Source: Candidatus Colwellbacteria bacterium
Lineage (GTDB): Bacteria; Patescibacteriota; Minisyncoccia; UBA6257; Colwellbacteraceae
DNA: 28,716 nucleotides
Direction of reading: 5' to 3'
Assembly (NCBI GenBank): GCA_014874305.1
Contig: JACWAO010000028.1
Location: 1 to 28,716 of the forward strand
A program made the position numbers and the translations under genes. Below the pieces are notes generated by a model. It did no database searches and had not been told where the DNA came from. It worked only from the letters and a program-made list of their open reading frames with translations. Of the stretch, positions 8,352-15,913 are shown piece by piece (the first letter of the stretch is position 1; each line of letters starts with the position of its first letter).

Positions 8352-8849
8352 ATGGTCGCTTTGTTATACAACATCCGGAGCCTGCATAATGTCGGCTCGG
8401 TTTTCAGGACTTCCGACGCCGCCGGTGTCGAGAAGGTGTATTTGTGCGGTTACACGCCCGCGCCTGTCGATAAGCACAACAGGCCGGAGTCGCGCCTTGT
8501 TAAAACCGCTCTCGGGGCGGAAAAATATATTTCTTGGGAGAAAGTTCCGGGAAGGGCGGTCGGGACTGTGAAACTTATCAAGAAGTTGCAAGATGACGGG
8601 TACAAGGTGCTGGCGGTGGAGCAAAGCAAGACCTCCGTTCCTTTCCATAAGATAAATTATGGGAAAAAGGAGTTTCAAAAACTCGCCCTGGTTATGGGGA
8701 ACGAGGTTAAGGGCCTGCCGCCGTCAATACTGCGGGCCGTGGATAAGACCATAGAGATACCGATGTTCGGCAGGAAGGAATCGTTAAACGTTTCCGTGGC
8801 TTACGGCATCGCGGTTTATGAGATAGTTATAAGCAAGATTAAGAAGTAG
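8352..8849 (+). CDS. SpoU/TrmH-family (SPOUT) RNA methyltransferase
   Basis: NIRSLHNVGSVFRT, GNEVKG, IPMFGRKESLNVSVAYGIAVYE. Confidence 0.9.
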   Translation: MVALLYNIRSLHNVGSVFRTSDAAGVEKVYLCGYTPAPVDKHNRPESRLVKTALGAEKYISWEKVPGRAVGTVKLIKKLQDDGYKVLAVEQSKTSVPFHKINYGKKEFQKLALVMGNEVKGLPPSILRAVDKTIEIPMFGRKESLNVSVAYGIAVYEIVISKIKK

Positions 8850-8876
8850 AAAATAAGCTCTCATTGTTTTTGGTTT

Positions 8877-8912
8877 ACTAAACGCCCTGTCTGATCGGAT
8901 GGAGTGTTTAGT
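8877..8912. repeat. Degenerate copy 2 of the 34-bp palindrome
   Basis: A-CTAAACGCCCTGTCTGA|TCGGATGGAGTGTTTAG-T; 29/34 identical to 2864-2897. Confidence 0.9.
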
Positions 8913-8946
8913 TGTGAGATCGCTATGTCAGACGTACTATTCTTAT

Positions 8947-9318
8947 ATGAAGATGCAAAGGAAGAAGATCATACTCGGCAAAAACGAATTGAATGTTTGG
9001 ATTGCTGGAACGACGCGGGAGAAACGCGTCGGTGTTTCATTGCTGGACAAGCTGGAGAAGGAAGAGGGGATGATTTTTACGTTTAAGATTCCTATGCGGT
9101 ACGGATTTTGGATGAGAGGAGTCGGTTTTCCCATAGATATAATCTGGATAAGGAGAGGGAAGGTTATAGGCGTTACTGATAATATTCCCGCTGGTAAAGG
9201 GTTATCGTTGTTTTCCTTGAAGGCGTACTATCCTCCAGCGTCCGTCGATTGCGTTATAGAGGTTGCCGGAGGAGAAACAGCGAGGCTTGGTATAAAAGAA
9301 GAGGACATTTTAAAATAG
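8947..9318 (+). CDS. DUF192 family protein
   Basis: EGMIFTF...FWMRGVGFPIDIIWI...VIEVAGG. Start moved to ATG 8947 because ATG 8899 lies inside the palindrome. Confidence 0.85.
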   Translation: MKMQRKKIILGKNELNVWIAGTTREKRVGVSLLDKLEKEEGMIFTFKIPMRYGFWMRGVGFPIDIIWIRRGKVIGVTDNIPAGKGLSLFSLKAYYPPASVDCVIEVAGGETARLGIKEEDILK

Positions 9319-9326
9319 CAGAAGAT

Positions 9327-9842
9327 ATGACGCTCGGAATAATCATCATCGTTTTAGTACTGCTTATCCTCTTGCCTACGGCGTACGCTTCATTAATTGG
9401 CGCGCCGTTCGTTCCGGCTTCCCCCTCGCTGGTGGAAATGATAGTAGATGCCGCTGATGTTAAAGAAGGAGACGTGATATATGAACTTGGAGCGGGAAAC
9501 GGGCAGGTGATGATCGCTTTCGCGAAGAGGAAAGGGGTAAAAGTTTTGGGGTTTGAATTGTCGCCGGTCTTGTATCTTGTCGCTTGGCTTAACTTAAAAC
9601 TCAAAAGACTGCGCAACTGTCATCTGTATCTTAAAAATTTTTATTCGTATCCATTGGCGGAAGCCGATGTTGTTTATTTTTTTCTTGTTCCGAGAACGGT
9701 AAATAAGCTGGCCGTTAAACTTGTCTCGGAATTAAAGCCCGGATCCAGGGTGATTTCTTACGCTTTTCCGATAGACGGCTGGGAACCGTCCCGCGTTATT
9801 AAAGAGAACGGGAAGCCGGGAATCTTTATTTATACGGTATAG
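9327..9842 (+). CDS. Class I SAM-dependent methyltransferase with N-terminal TM anchor
   Basis: GAPFVPA, YELGAGNG (motif I), GFELSP, ADVVYFFL, ELKPGSRVISYAF. Start moved to ATG 9327. Confidence 0.85.
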   Translation: MTLGIIIIVLVLLILLPTAYASLIGAPFVPASPSLVEMIVDAADVKEGDVIYELGAGNGQVMIAFAKRKGVKVLGFELSPVLYLVAWLNLKLKRLRNCHLYLKNFYSYPLAEADVVYFFLVPRTVNKLAVKLVSELKPGSRVISYAFPIDGWEPSRVIKENGKPGIFIYTV

Positions 9843-9929
9843 GCATAGGCGGGCGAGGCGTCGCTTGTCTCGGTTTTATCAAATATTGTATACTACAAAA
9901 AGTCGAATACTTGAATAAAAATTGCGTAA

Positions 9930-10952
9930 ATGCCTAAAAAGAAAGTAGCGATAAACGGGTTTGGAAGAATCGGCCGGCTGTTTTTCCGGCAGATGTTTGG
10001 CGATCCGGAAATAGAGATCGTAGCCATAAATGATTTGGGAGATATTAATAATCTGGCCTACCTCCTTAAGCACGACACGGTCTATCGAAGTTTTGGCAAA
10101 AGCGTCGAAGTAAGCGGCGGCAACCTGGTTGTTGACGGACAGACGATAAAGATACTGCAGGTAAAAGATCCGGCGCAGTTGCCGTGGAAGGATCTAGGAA
10201 TAGATGTCGCGGTGGAATCAACCGGTTTTTTCGAGGAGTTCGAGAAAGCCAAGGCTCATCTTACGGCCGGAGCTAAAAGAGTTGTGATAACGGCGCCGGC
10301 CAAGGACGCGGACGGCGTGGAGGGAAAAACCGTGCTCATGGGCGTTAACGAGGGGGAACTGCAGACGGTTCTTCTTACATCAAACGGCTCGTGCACGACA
10401 AACGCCTCCTCTCCGGTAATACAAGTCATGGCCGAGAATCCCGGGATACTCAAGGCGGTGTTGGGGACGGTGCACGGATACACATCCACTCAGTCTATAG
10501 TCGACAGTCCCGCGAAGGGGCACGACTATCGCAGGGGACGCGCGGCGGCGCAAAACATAACTCCTTCAACGACAGGCGCGGCGGTTGCCGTTACTAGAGC
10601 GATAAAAGAATTGGAGGGCAAGTTTGACGGTTTGGCTTTCCGCGTTCCGGTCATTACCGGATCAATCGCGTCGGTAACTTTTGTTGCCAAGAGAAAAACA
10701 TCGGTTGACGAGATAAACGACATCTTCCGCAAGGCTTCGGAGGAGCCGCGCTGGCACGGGATTTTGAAGGTTACCGAGGAACAGCTGGTTTCGACGGATA
10801 TAATAGGCGAGCCGTACGGAGCTATCGTCGACCTTGGTTTCACCAAAGTGGTGGACGGCGATCTGGTTAACGTTCTTTCCTGGTATGACAACGAGTGGGG
10901 ATACGTCTCGACTTTGGTTAAACACGTTAAAAGCGTCGCGGCTTTGGTATAG
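9930..10952 (+). CDS. gap: Glyceraldehyde-3-phosphate dehydrogenase, type I
   Basis: INGFGRIGR, catalytic SCTTN, WYDNEWGY. Confidence 0.97.
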   Translation: MPKKKVAINGFGRIGRLFFRQMFGDPEIEIVAINDLGDINNLAYLLKHDTVYRSFGKSVEVSGGNLVVDGQTIKILQVKDPAQLPWKDLGIDVAVESTGFFEEFEKAKAHLTAGAKRVVITAPAKDADGVEGKTVLMGVNEGELQTVLLTSNGSCTTNASSPVIQVMAENPGILKAVLGTVHGYTSTQSIVDSPAKGHDYRRGRAAAQNITPSTTGAAVAVTRAIKELEGKFDGLAFRVPVITGSIASVTFVAKRKTSVDEINDIFRKASEEPRWHGILKVTEEQLVSTDIIGEPYGAIVDLGFTKVVDGDLVNVLSWYDNEWGYVSTLVKHVKSVAALV

Positions 10953-10957
10953 AAAAT

Positions 10958-12016
10958 ATGGCGGAGATACACAGATCACTTGAAGAAAGAGTATCCGCCC
11001 TGAAGAACAAAGGCGTCGCGGATGAGGAGATTGTAAAACTGCTCATATCCGCCGGATACCACGAGGGGGAAATACGCGCCGCTTTGGCTGAGTATGTTCC
11101 GGGGAGCGAGTACGTGATCAGTCTTCCCGCGCCGGATGGAGAAAAAGAAGAATACGCGCCGACCAGCGTGGCTGTGCGAAGACAGGCACAGCAAGCGCGG
11201 GCGCCACTGCCCAAACTTCCTGGTTTTATCGAGATGTTCCTGGACGCTTTCGCCTTATACAAGGCAAGGGTTATCGTGTTAACGGAAGTCTTCGTTATAC
11301 CGGTAATAGCTATGGCTCTTTCTGCGCTGTTTTTGGGAGCGTCGCGTTCTAACTACGCGGCGTCGCGTCTTTTTTGGAGCGGTCTTTCCGTGTTAGGGTA
11401 TCTGGTGTCGGTCGTATTATTGCTGGTTAGCGCCTTAGCGATGATTTTGGCACTGCGGAATGAAAAGATGGGTACGGAAGAGGCGTACTGGAAGTCCTTG
11501 CAGAATATAGGGGGGTATGTTTGGGTCGCGCTCCTTGCCGCTCTCGCCGTATTTGGGGGATTTTTACTGGGAGTAATTCCCGCTTTTATCTTCGGCATCT
11601 GGTTTGCTTTTTACGCGTATATTTTCGTTGACCAGAAACAGACGGGCATGGACGCCCTGCTTAGGAGCAAGGAGTATGTAACCGGATATTTTTGGGACGT
11701 GCTTTGGAGAGTTCTGCTATTACTGCTTGCCGCCTCTATCGCCGACGCCCTGGTCGGAGGAGTGTCCTTGATATTCGGCACCGGAGTCAATTATATTGCG
11801 AGCCTTCTTCTTCAGATACTTATTGTGCCGTTTATCCTGGCGTTTTTCTATTCTCTCTATTCTTCTCTAAAGAAGAACAAGCCTGATCTCGCGGATCAGC
11901 CGGTCAAGGGGGACAGATCGTTTTTTATTTTCGTTATTCTTCTTGGGGCCATCCTGCCGTTTATCATGCTGTATCTTAAGGGGTCCGCGGTTCAATCCGT
12001 CCCGTTACAACATTAG
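10958..12016 (+). CDS. Multi-pass membrane protein, paralog 1
   Basis: Short N-terminal helical domain, linker, about 7 TM helices; shares LLRSKEY.TGY.W.V and KP.L...PV.G..FF with 12074-13537. Confidence 0.75.
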   Translation: MAEIHRSLEERVSALKNKGVADEEIVKLLISAGYHEGEIRAALAEYVPGSEYVISLPAPDGEKEEYAPTSVAVRRQAQQARAPLPKLPGFIEMFLDAFALYKARVIVLTEVFVIPVIAMALSALFLGASRSNYAASRLFWSGLSVLGYLVSVVLLLVSALAMILALRNEKMGTEEAYWKSLQNIGGYVWVALLAALAVFGGFLLGVIPAFIFGIWFAFYAYIFVDQKQTGMDALLRSKEYVTGYFWDVLWRVLLLLLAASIADALVGGVSLIFGTGVNYIASLLLQILIVPFILAFFYSLYSSLKKNKPDLADQPVKGDRSFFIFVILLGAILPFIMLYLKGSAVQSVPLQH

Positions 12017-12073
12017 GATGTTTTTGGTATAATTAGGGTAATAAAGTCGCAAGGTGATTAGAGATGTAAATAA

Positions 12074-13537
12074 ATGGATAACCAGCAGTTGCGCGATTTA
12101 ATAAACGATTTCAAGAAACAGGGTCAAGGCGACGAGTCGATAGTCCACCTTCTTACCGTAGCGGGGTACAAAGAAGAGGATATACGGTCTGCTTTGGCTT
12201 CGGAAAATAATGCCGCGGTTTCCGTTGCGCCAGAAAACGATCCGGCGACGCCGGCGGGACAAGCTCCGCAGGCCGATCCGGCAGTTGCGCCCAACGGGCA
12301 GGCGCCGACAACTGAAAAGTTAACGGGATTCAGCCAGCTTTTCTCGGACACGGTTTCTCTATTTAAGAGAAAAATAGGCGTGCTTCTCGGTATTTATATC
12401 ATTCCTATGCTTGGAACACTGCTATTGCTGTTTATTCCCCGATCTTCGGGCGGCGATATCGCCATTATGATTGTTTCTTTGCTGGATATTATTTTGTCCA
12501 TAGCCGGAGGAACAGCGCTTATATATGCCGTAAGCAGTGATAGCGGGGTTATCGAATCGTACGGAAAGGCATTCGGCATTTTCTGGAAGTACTTATGGGT
12601 TTCCGTGCTGGCGACTTTTGTTATTTTAGGCGGTTTTGTTATGGGGGTAGTTCCAGGAATTATATTTAGCGGTTGGTTTATACTAGGATTTTATGTTCTT
12701 GTCCTGGAAGATAAAAGAGGAATAAACGCTTTGTTGCGCAGTAAGGAGTATATAACTGGCTACTGGTGGAATGTGTTTTTCAAATTTCTTCTGTTCGTTC
12801 TAGTTATATTTGGCGCCGGAATCATTGTTGGCCTGTTTAAATTAATAAACGCTGACTTCGAACTCATCCTGGCTTTTATATTCGAACTGGTAATCGCCCC
12901 TTTATTTTTCACGTTCACCTTCCTTATCTATAAGGGCTTGGCTGGAATAAAGCCGCAATTGATGTCAGCGCCGGTTTCGGGAAACAAAAGATTCTTCGAG
13001 TTTTCCGGCTGGCTGGGATTGTTCGCGCCGGCGTTAATAGCTGTTGCCGTAGTGATTGTGCTTAATCCTTCTCAGTTAATACAGCAGGCGCAAGACAGTC
13101 AAAGAGTACAAGACGCTTCAACTCTTAATATGGCTGTTACCGATTGGTTAGCTGATGTTTCAACCAGCGCTTGGAAAGCCGGCTTGTACTGCAGCGGGGG
13201 TAATGGTTCCTTCCCTGGTGGAGGAACGTGCCTGGTTTCCGGGTCGACTTCTACTGACGGTACGGGGTGGGCGCCTATAAACTTTGACGCCATGACTACC
13301 GGTTCTCCTATGCCGTCCCTGCCTATGGATCCCGAAAACAATCTGAATAAATGTCTCTCTTCCGGCGGCACCTGTTTTTACGCCATTAGACTCGATCCAA
13401 CTTTCGGCCAGTACAGGATTTATGTCCCATTAGAAACACGCGAATACCAAAATAATCAGGGCGCGAAAGACGGCGTGAATCTGCCTGGATGGTATGTGGT
13501 GGGAAGCGATATTCCTTCGCCTGGTACAACGCAATGA
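12074..13537 (+). CDS. Multi-pass membrane protein, paralog 2, with C-terminal type IV pilin-like head domain
   Basis: Same membrane core as paralog 1, plus VVIVLNPSQLIQQAQDSQRVQD...DGTGWAPINF...GSPMPSLPMDP...WYVVGSDI, which I recognise as a Parcubacteria pilin-type head. Confidence 0.7.
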   Translation: MDNQQLRDLINDFKKQGQGDESIVHLLTVAGYKEEDIRSALASENNAAVSVAPENDPATPAGQAPQADPAVAPNGQAPTTEKLTGFSQLFSDTVSLFKRKIGVLLGIYIIPMLGTLLLLFIPRSSGGDIAIMIVSLLDIILSIAGGTALIYAVSSDSGVIESYGKAFGIFWKYLWVSVLATFVILGGFVMGVVPGIIFSGWFILGFYVLVLEDKRGINALLRSKEYITGYWWNVFFKFLLFVLVIFGAGIIVGLFKLINADFELILAFIFELVIAPLFFTFTFLIYKGLAGIKPQLMSAPVSGNKRFFEFSGWLGLFAPALIAVAVVIVLNPSQLIQQAQDSQRVQDASTLNMAVTDWLADVSTSAWKAGLYCSGGNGSFPGGGTCLVSGSTSTDGTGWAPINFDAMTTGSPMPSLPMDPENNLNKCLSSGGTCFYAIRLDPTFGQYRIYVPLETREYQNNQGAKDGVNLPGWYVVGSDIPSPGTTQ

Positions 13538-13983
13538 TTATCTATTTAGGGGCGGACCATAGAGGGTTCGGTTTAAAAGAGGGGATTAAGAATTATCTAA
13601 AGCAGAGCGGATACCAAGTTAGCGATTTGGGGGCCGCGACTCTGGTCCAGGATGATGACTATACTGATTACGCGGCGGCCACGGCCAAGAAGGTCGGTTC
13701 GGATTTCTTGGGAAGCCGCGGGATACTTATCTGCGGTTCCGGAGTCGGAATGGACGTTACGGCCAACAGGTTTCCCTTGATAAGATCGGTTCTGGCTTTT
13801 TCTCCCGATCAGGCGATGGCTTCGCGCACGGATGACGACACTAATATCCTGTCTCTTCCCGCAGATTATCTGGATTTGGAAACCGCGAAGAAGATAGTGA
13901 GCGTTTGGCTGCAGACGGACTTTGATGAGAAGGAGGGGCATAAACGGAGACTGGACAAGATACGGAACTTACGGGTAGATTAG
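13534..13983 (+). CDS. rpiB: Ribose-5-phosphate isomerase B (RpiB/LacA/LacB family)
   Basis: IYLGADHRG, GILICGSGVG, HKRRLDKI. Start moved to ATG 13534 (ATGA overlap with the previous stop). Confidence 0.88.
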   Translation: MIIYLGADHRGFGLKEGIKNYLKQSGYQVSDLGAATLVQDDDYTDYAAATAKKVGSDFLGSRGILICGSGVGMDVTANRFPLIRSVLAFSPDQAMASRTDDDTNILSLPADYLDLETAKKIVSVWLQTDFDEKEGHKRRLDKIRNLRVD

Positions 13984-14001
13984 TGGTTGGAGAACACGAA
14001 A

Positions 14002-14084
14002 GCCCGGGTGGCGGAATGGTATACGCGGAGGACTTAAAATCCTCTGTCTTCACAGACTTGTGGGTTCGAGTCCCACCCCGGGCA
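14002..14084 (+). tRNA. tRNA-Leu(TAA), CCA not encoded
   Basis: Acceptor GCCCGGG/CCCGGGC, anticodon arm GAGGA-CTTAAAA-TCCTC, long variable arm, TTCGAGT T-loop, discriminator A. Confidence 0.95.
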
Positions 14085-14086
14085 CA

Positions 14087-14280
14087 CTTCGACTTGCTTG
14101 ATCCGTCGTAGTCTACTACGCAGACGTAAGTGACCTTCGCTCACTCAGCGCAGGCACGCCTCAATTTAGCCTACCGAAGCTCGCAAGCGAAAGCGGCCAG
14201 GCTCAGTGTAAACACTTCGATAAACCAGTGTTAAACCACATAAGATTCTTCGTCCGCCGGTTGGCGGACTCAGAATGACG
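14087..14280. repeat. Cluster of nested short palindromic repeats 3' of tRNA-Leu
   Basis: Hairpins CGTAGT-CT-ACTACG, AGTGA...TCACT and GTCCGCC-GGTT-GGCGGAC; degenerate CTTCGA...CAGTGT(T)AAAC units; terminal AGATTCTTCG-[hairpin]-TCAGAATGAC unit shared with 921-994. Confidence 0.7.
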
Positions 14281-14309
14281 AACGAAAAAGAAACTCAGGA
14301 TACCTTACT

Positions 14310-15563
14310 TCAATGAAGTGAGAGATCCTTTAAAATCTGTCTTATCAAGTACTTTGTGTCCTCGGCGTTTTCAACAGCAACCGTATCAATTCCTGTTTTT
14401 ACAGCCGCGTAATCATTTCCTCCTTCAAATAAGGCGTCGCCGACATAAGCCATCTTATCCACTGGCACTTTTAATATTTTTGATAATTGATGTATACCGT
14501 ACGCTTTGTCTATACCTTTTTGGGTTATATCGATAGATGTTCCGCCTCCGATTCTTACTTCAAACTCCGGCAAGTATTTTTCAAGGGCTTTTTTAATTCG
14601 CTGACGGAGGCCGTTTTCCATCTCTTTCCACTTATTTTTTTCTTCAAGCGGGGCCTTCTGTCCCAAAGGAGAAAAAGTAATCTGGCTGCCGCGGTCCTCC
14701 AGCACCACGCCATAAGTTTTTTTAGGGCGGATATATTTAACGTCTTTTAGGACTTTGGAAAACGAGCTTAAAATCTTCTTTTTTTCACTTGCCGTCAAAT
14801 TGTTTTTGTATACCGCACCCCATTTTCCCTTTGATAGTTTATACAGCTCGGCTCCGGAGGTTGGCTGTGCGTAGAGATTGCGGAATGATTTCTTGGACGC
14901 TTTCTTTAATTTGTCCAGGAATTGGGTCTTAAACTGAGGAAATCCTCCGCCTCCTATAACCGAAATTGTTTTTTTATCCAGGAGCTTATGCAATATACCA
15001 GCCATTTCTTCGTCCAAGTCGCACTTGCTTAACGTTAGAGTGCCGTCCAGGTCGAATAATATTACTGATTTAGACGCGAGCAATTCGGCTTTTTCATCCA
15101 GCCGCGCGATTTTTTTGTAGTTATTAAGAAGCCAGGAGCTGGACTGAACCTTTCCGCCGTCGCCTACGTTAAAAACCATCTTGCATCCGATGCGGTTGCA
15201 GACCTCCACCTCCGGTATGTTGTCCTTGAATCTGTCTCCTCCGTTGGCAAAAACGTCGGGCTTTAGTTCTTCTAGTTCGCGGCAGACGCTCCTGTCTTCC
15301 GGATTTGGCCCGTGTTTGGTTATTATCACTTCATCTACGGAATAAATTGACTCTATTATTTCTTTTCTTTCTTTTTCATTTATGAAGGCGTACCCCTTTT
15401 TGTGTTTTAGCCAGTAGTCGTTGTTTAGGATGACTACTAGCTTGTCCCCGAGTTTTTTAGCTTCATTAAAAAGGCGGACGTGACCCATGTGAATAGGGTC
15501 GAAACCGCCGCTTACCGCGACAACAATGGGCCTGTTTTTTTTAGATTTATTTAACCCTGCCAT
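14310..15563 (-). CDS. Fusion: HIGH-type cytidylyl/adenylyltransferase domain + HAD-IIB eukaryotic-type phosphomannomutase domain
   Basis: N-terminal SGGFDPIHMGH, LVVILNND, FANGGDR. C-terminal LFDLDGT, EDRGSQITFSPLGQKAP, GGGTSIDITQKGIDKAYG, GDALFEGGNDY. Start likely ATG 15563 rather than 15620. Confidence 0.85.
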   Translation of the reverse strand: MAGLNKSKKNRPIVVAVSGGFDPIHMGHVRLFNEAKKLGDKLVVILNNDYWLKHKKGYAFINEKERKEIIESIYSVDEVIITKHGPNPEDRSVCRELEELKPDVFANGGDRFKDNIPEVEVCNRIGCKMVFNVGDGGKVQSSSWLLNNYKKIARLDEKAELLASKSVILFDLDGTLTLSKCDLDEEMAGILHKLLDKKTISVIGGGGFPQFKTQFLDKLKKASKKSFRNLYAQPTSGAELYKLSKGKWGAVYKNNLTASEKKKILSSFSKVLKDVKYIRPKKTYGVVLEDRGSQITFSPLGQKAPLEEKNKWKEMENGLRQRIKKALEKYLPEFEVRIGGGTSIDITQKGIDKAYGIHQLSKILKVPVDKMAYVGDALFEGGNDYAAVKTGIDTVAVENAEDTKYLIRQILKDLSLH

Positions 15564-15897
15564 ACTTATCTTCGTAGCGAATGATATCTTTTTCTTCAGG
15601 TTTACCGAACGCCGCTTCAAGCACCAGGGAGTCGGCGACGCCCATCATCCTGTGTTTCTCTTTCTTGTTTATTTTTACGGAATCTCCCTTACGCAAAGTA
15701 TAAAACTTCTTGCCTTTTTGCGCGCGTATCGTTCCCTTTAATACCACCCACACTTCCGATCTGTTTTTGTGGCTTTGCAGGCTCAGCTTCTCCCCCTTTC
15801 TTACGAATATCTCCTTTATCCAATAGGTCGGAAGCGTTTCTATTACGGCGTACCACCCCCAGGGTTTTAACGCTAACTTACTCTTTGCTTTTGCCAT
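15547..15897 (-). CDS. Stand-alone cupin of the type II phosphomannose isomerase C-terminal family
   Basis: KPWGWY, LSLQSHKNRSEVWVV, KHRM, EDIIRYEDKYGR-like tail (EKDIIRYEDKYGR). Confidence 0.85.
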   Translation of the reverse strand: MAKAKSKLALKPWGWYAVIETLPTYWIKEIFVRKGEKLSLQSHKNRSEVWVVLKGTIRAQKGKKFYTLRKGDSVKINKKEKHRMMGVADSLVLEAAFGKPEEKDIIRYEDKYGRVK

Positions 15898-15913
15898 GAA
15901 AGTGCGTTGGTTA

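Noticed and set aside
8920-8946. CTATGTCAGACGT as a further palindrome half-site next to copy 2
   Set aside because: No complementary arm and no second copy in the window.
1011-15620. Longer ORF-track starts at 1011, 8899, 9249, 13489 and 15620
   Set aside because: The extensions fall in a promoter, a palindrome or deep in neighbouring genes; downstream ATGs (1047, 8947, 9327, 13534, 15563) match family N-termini or translational coupling.
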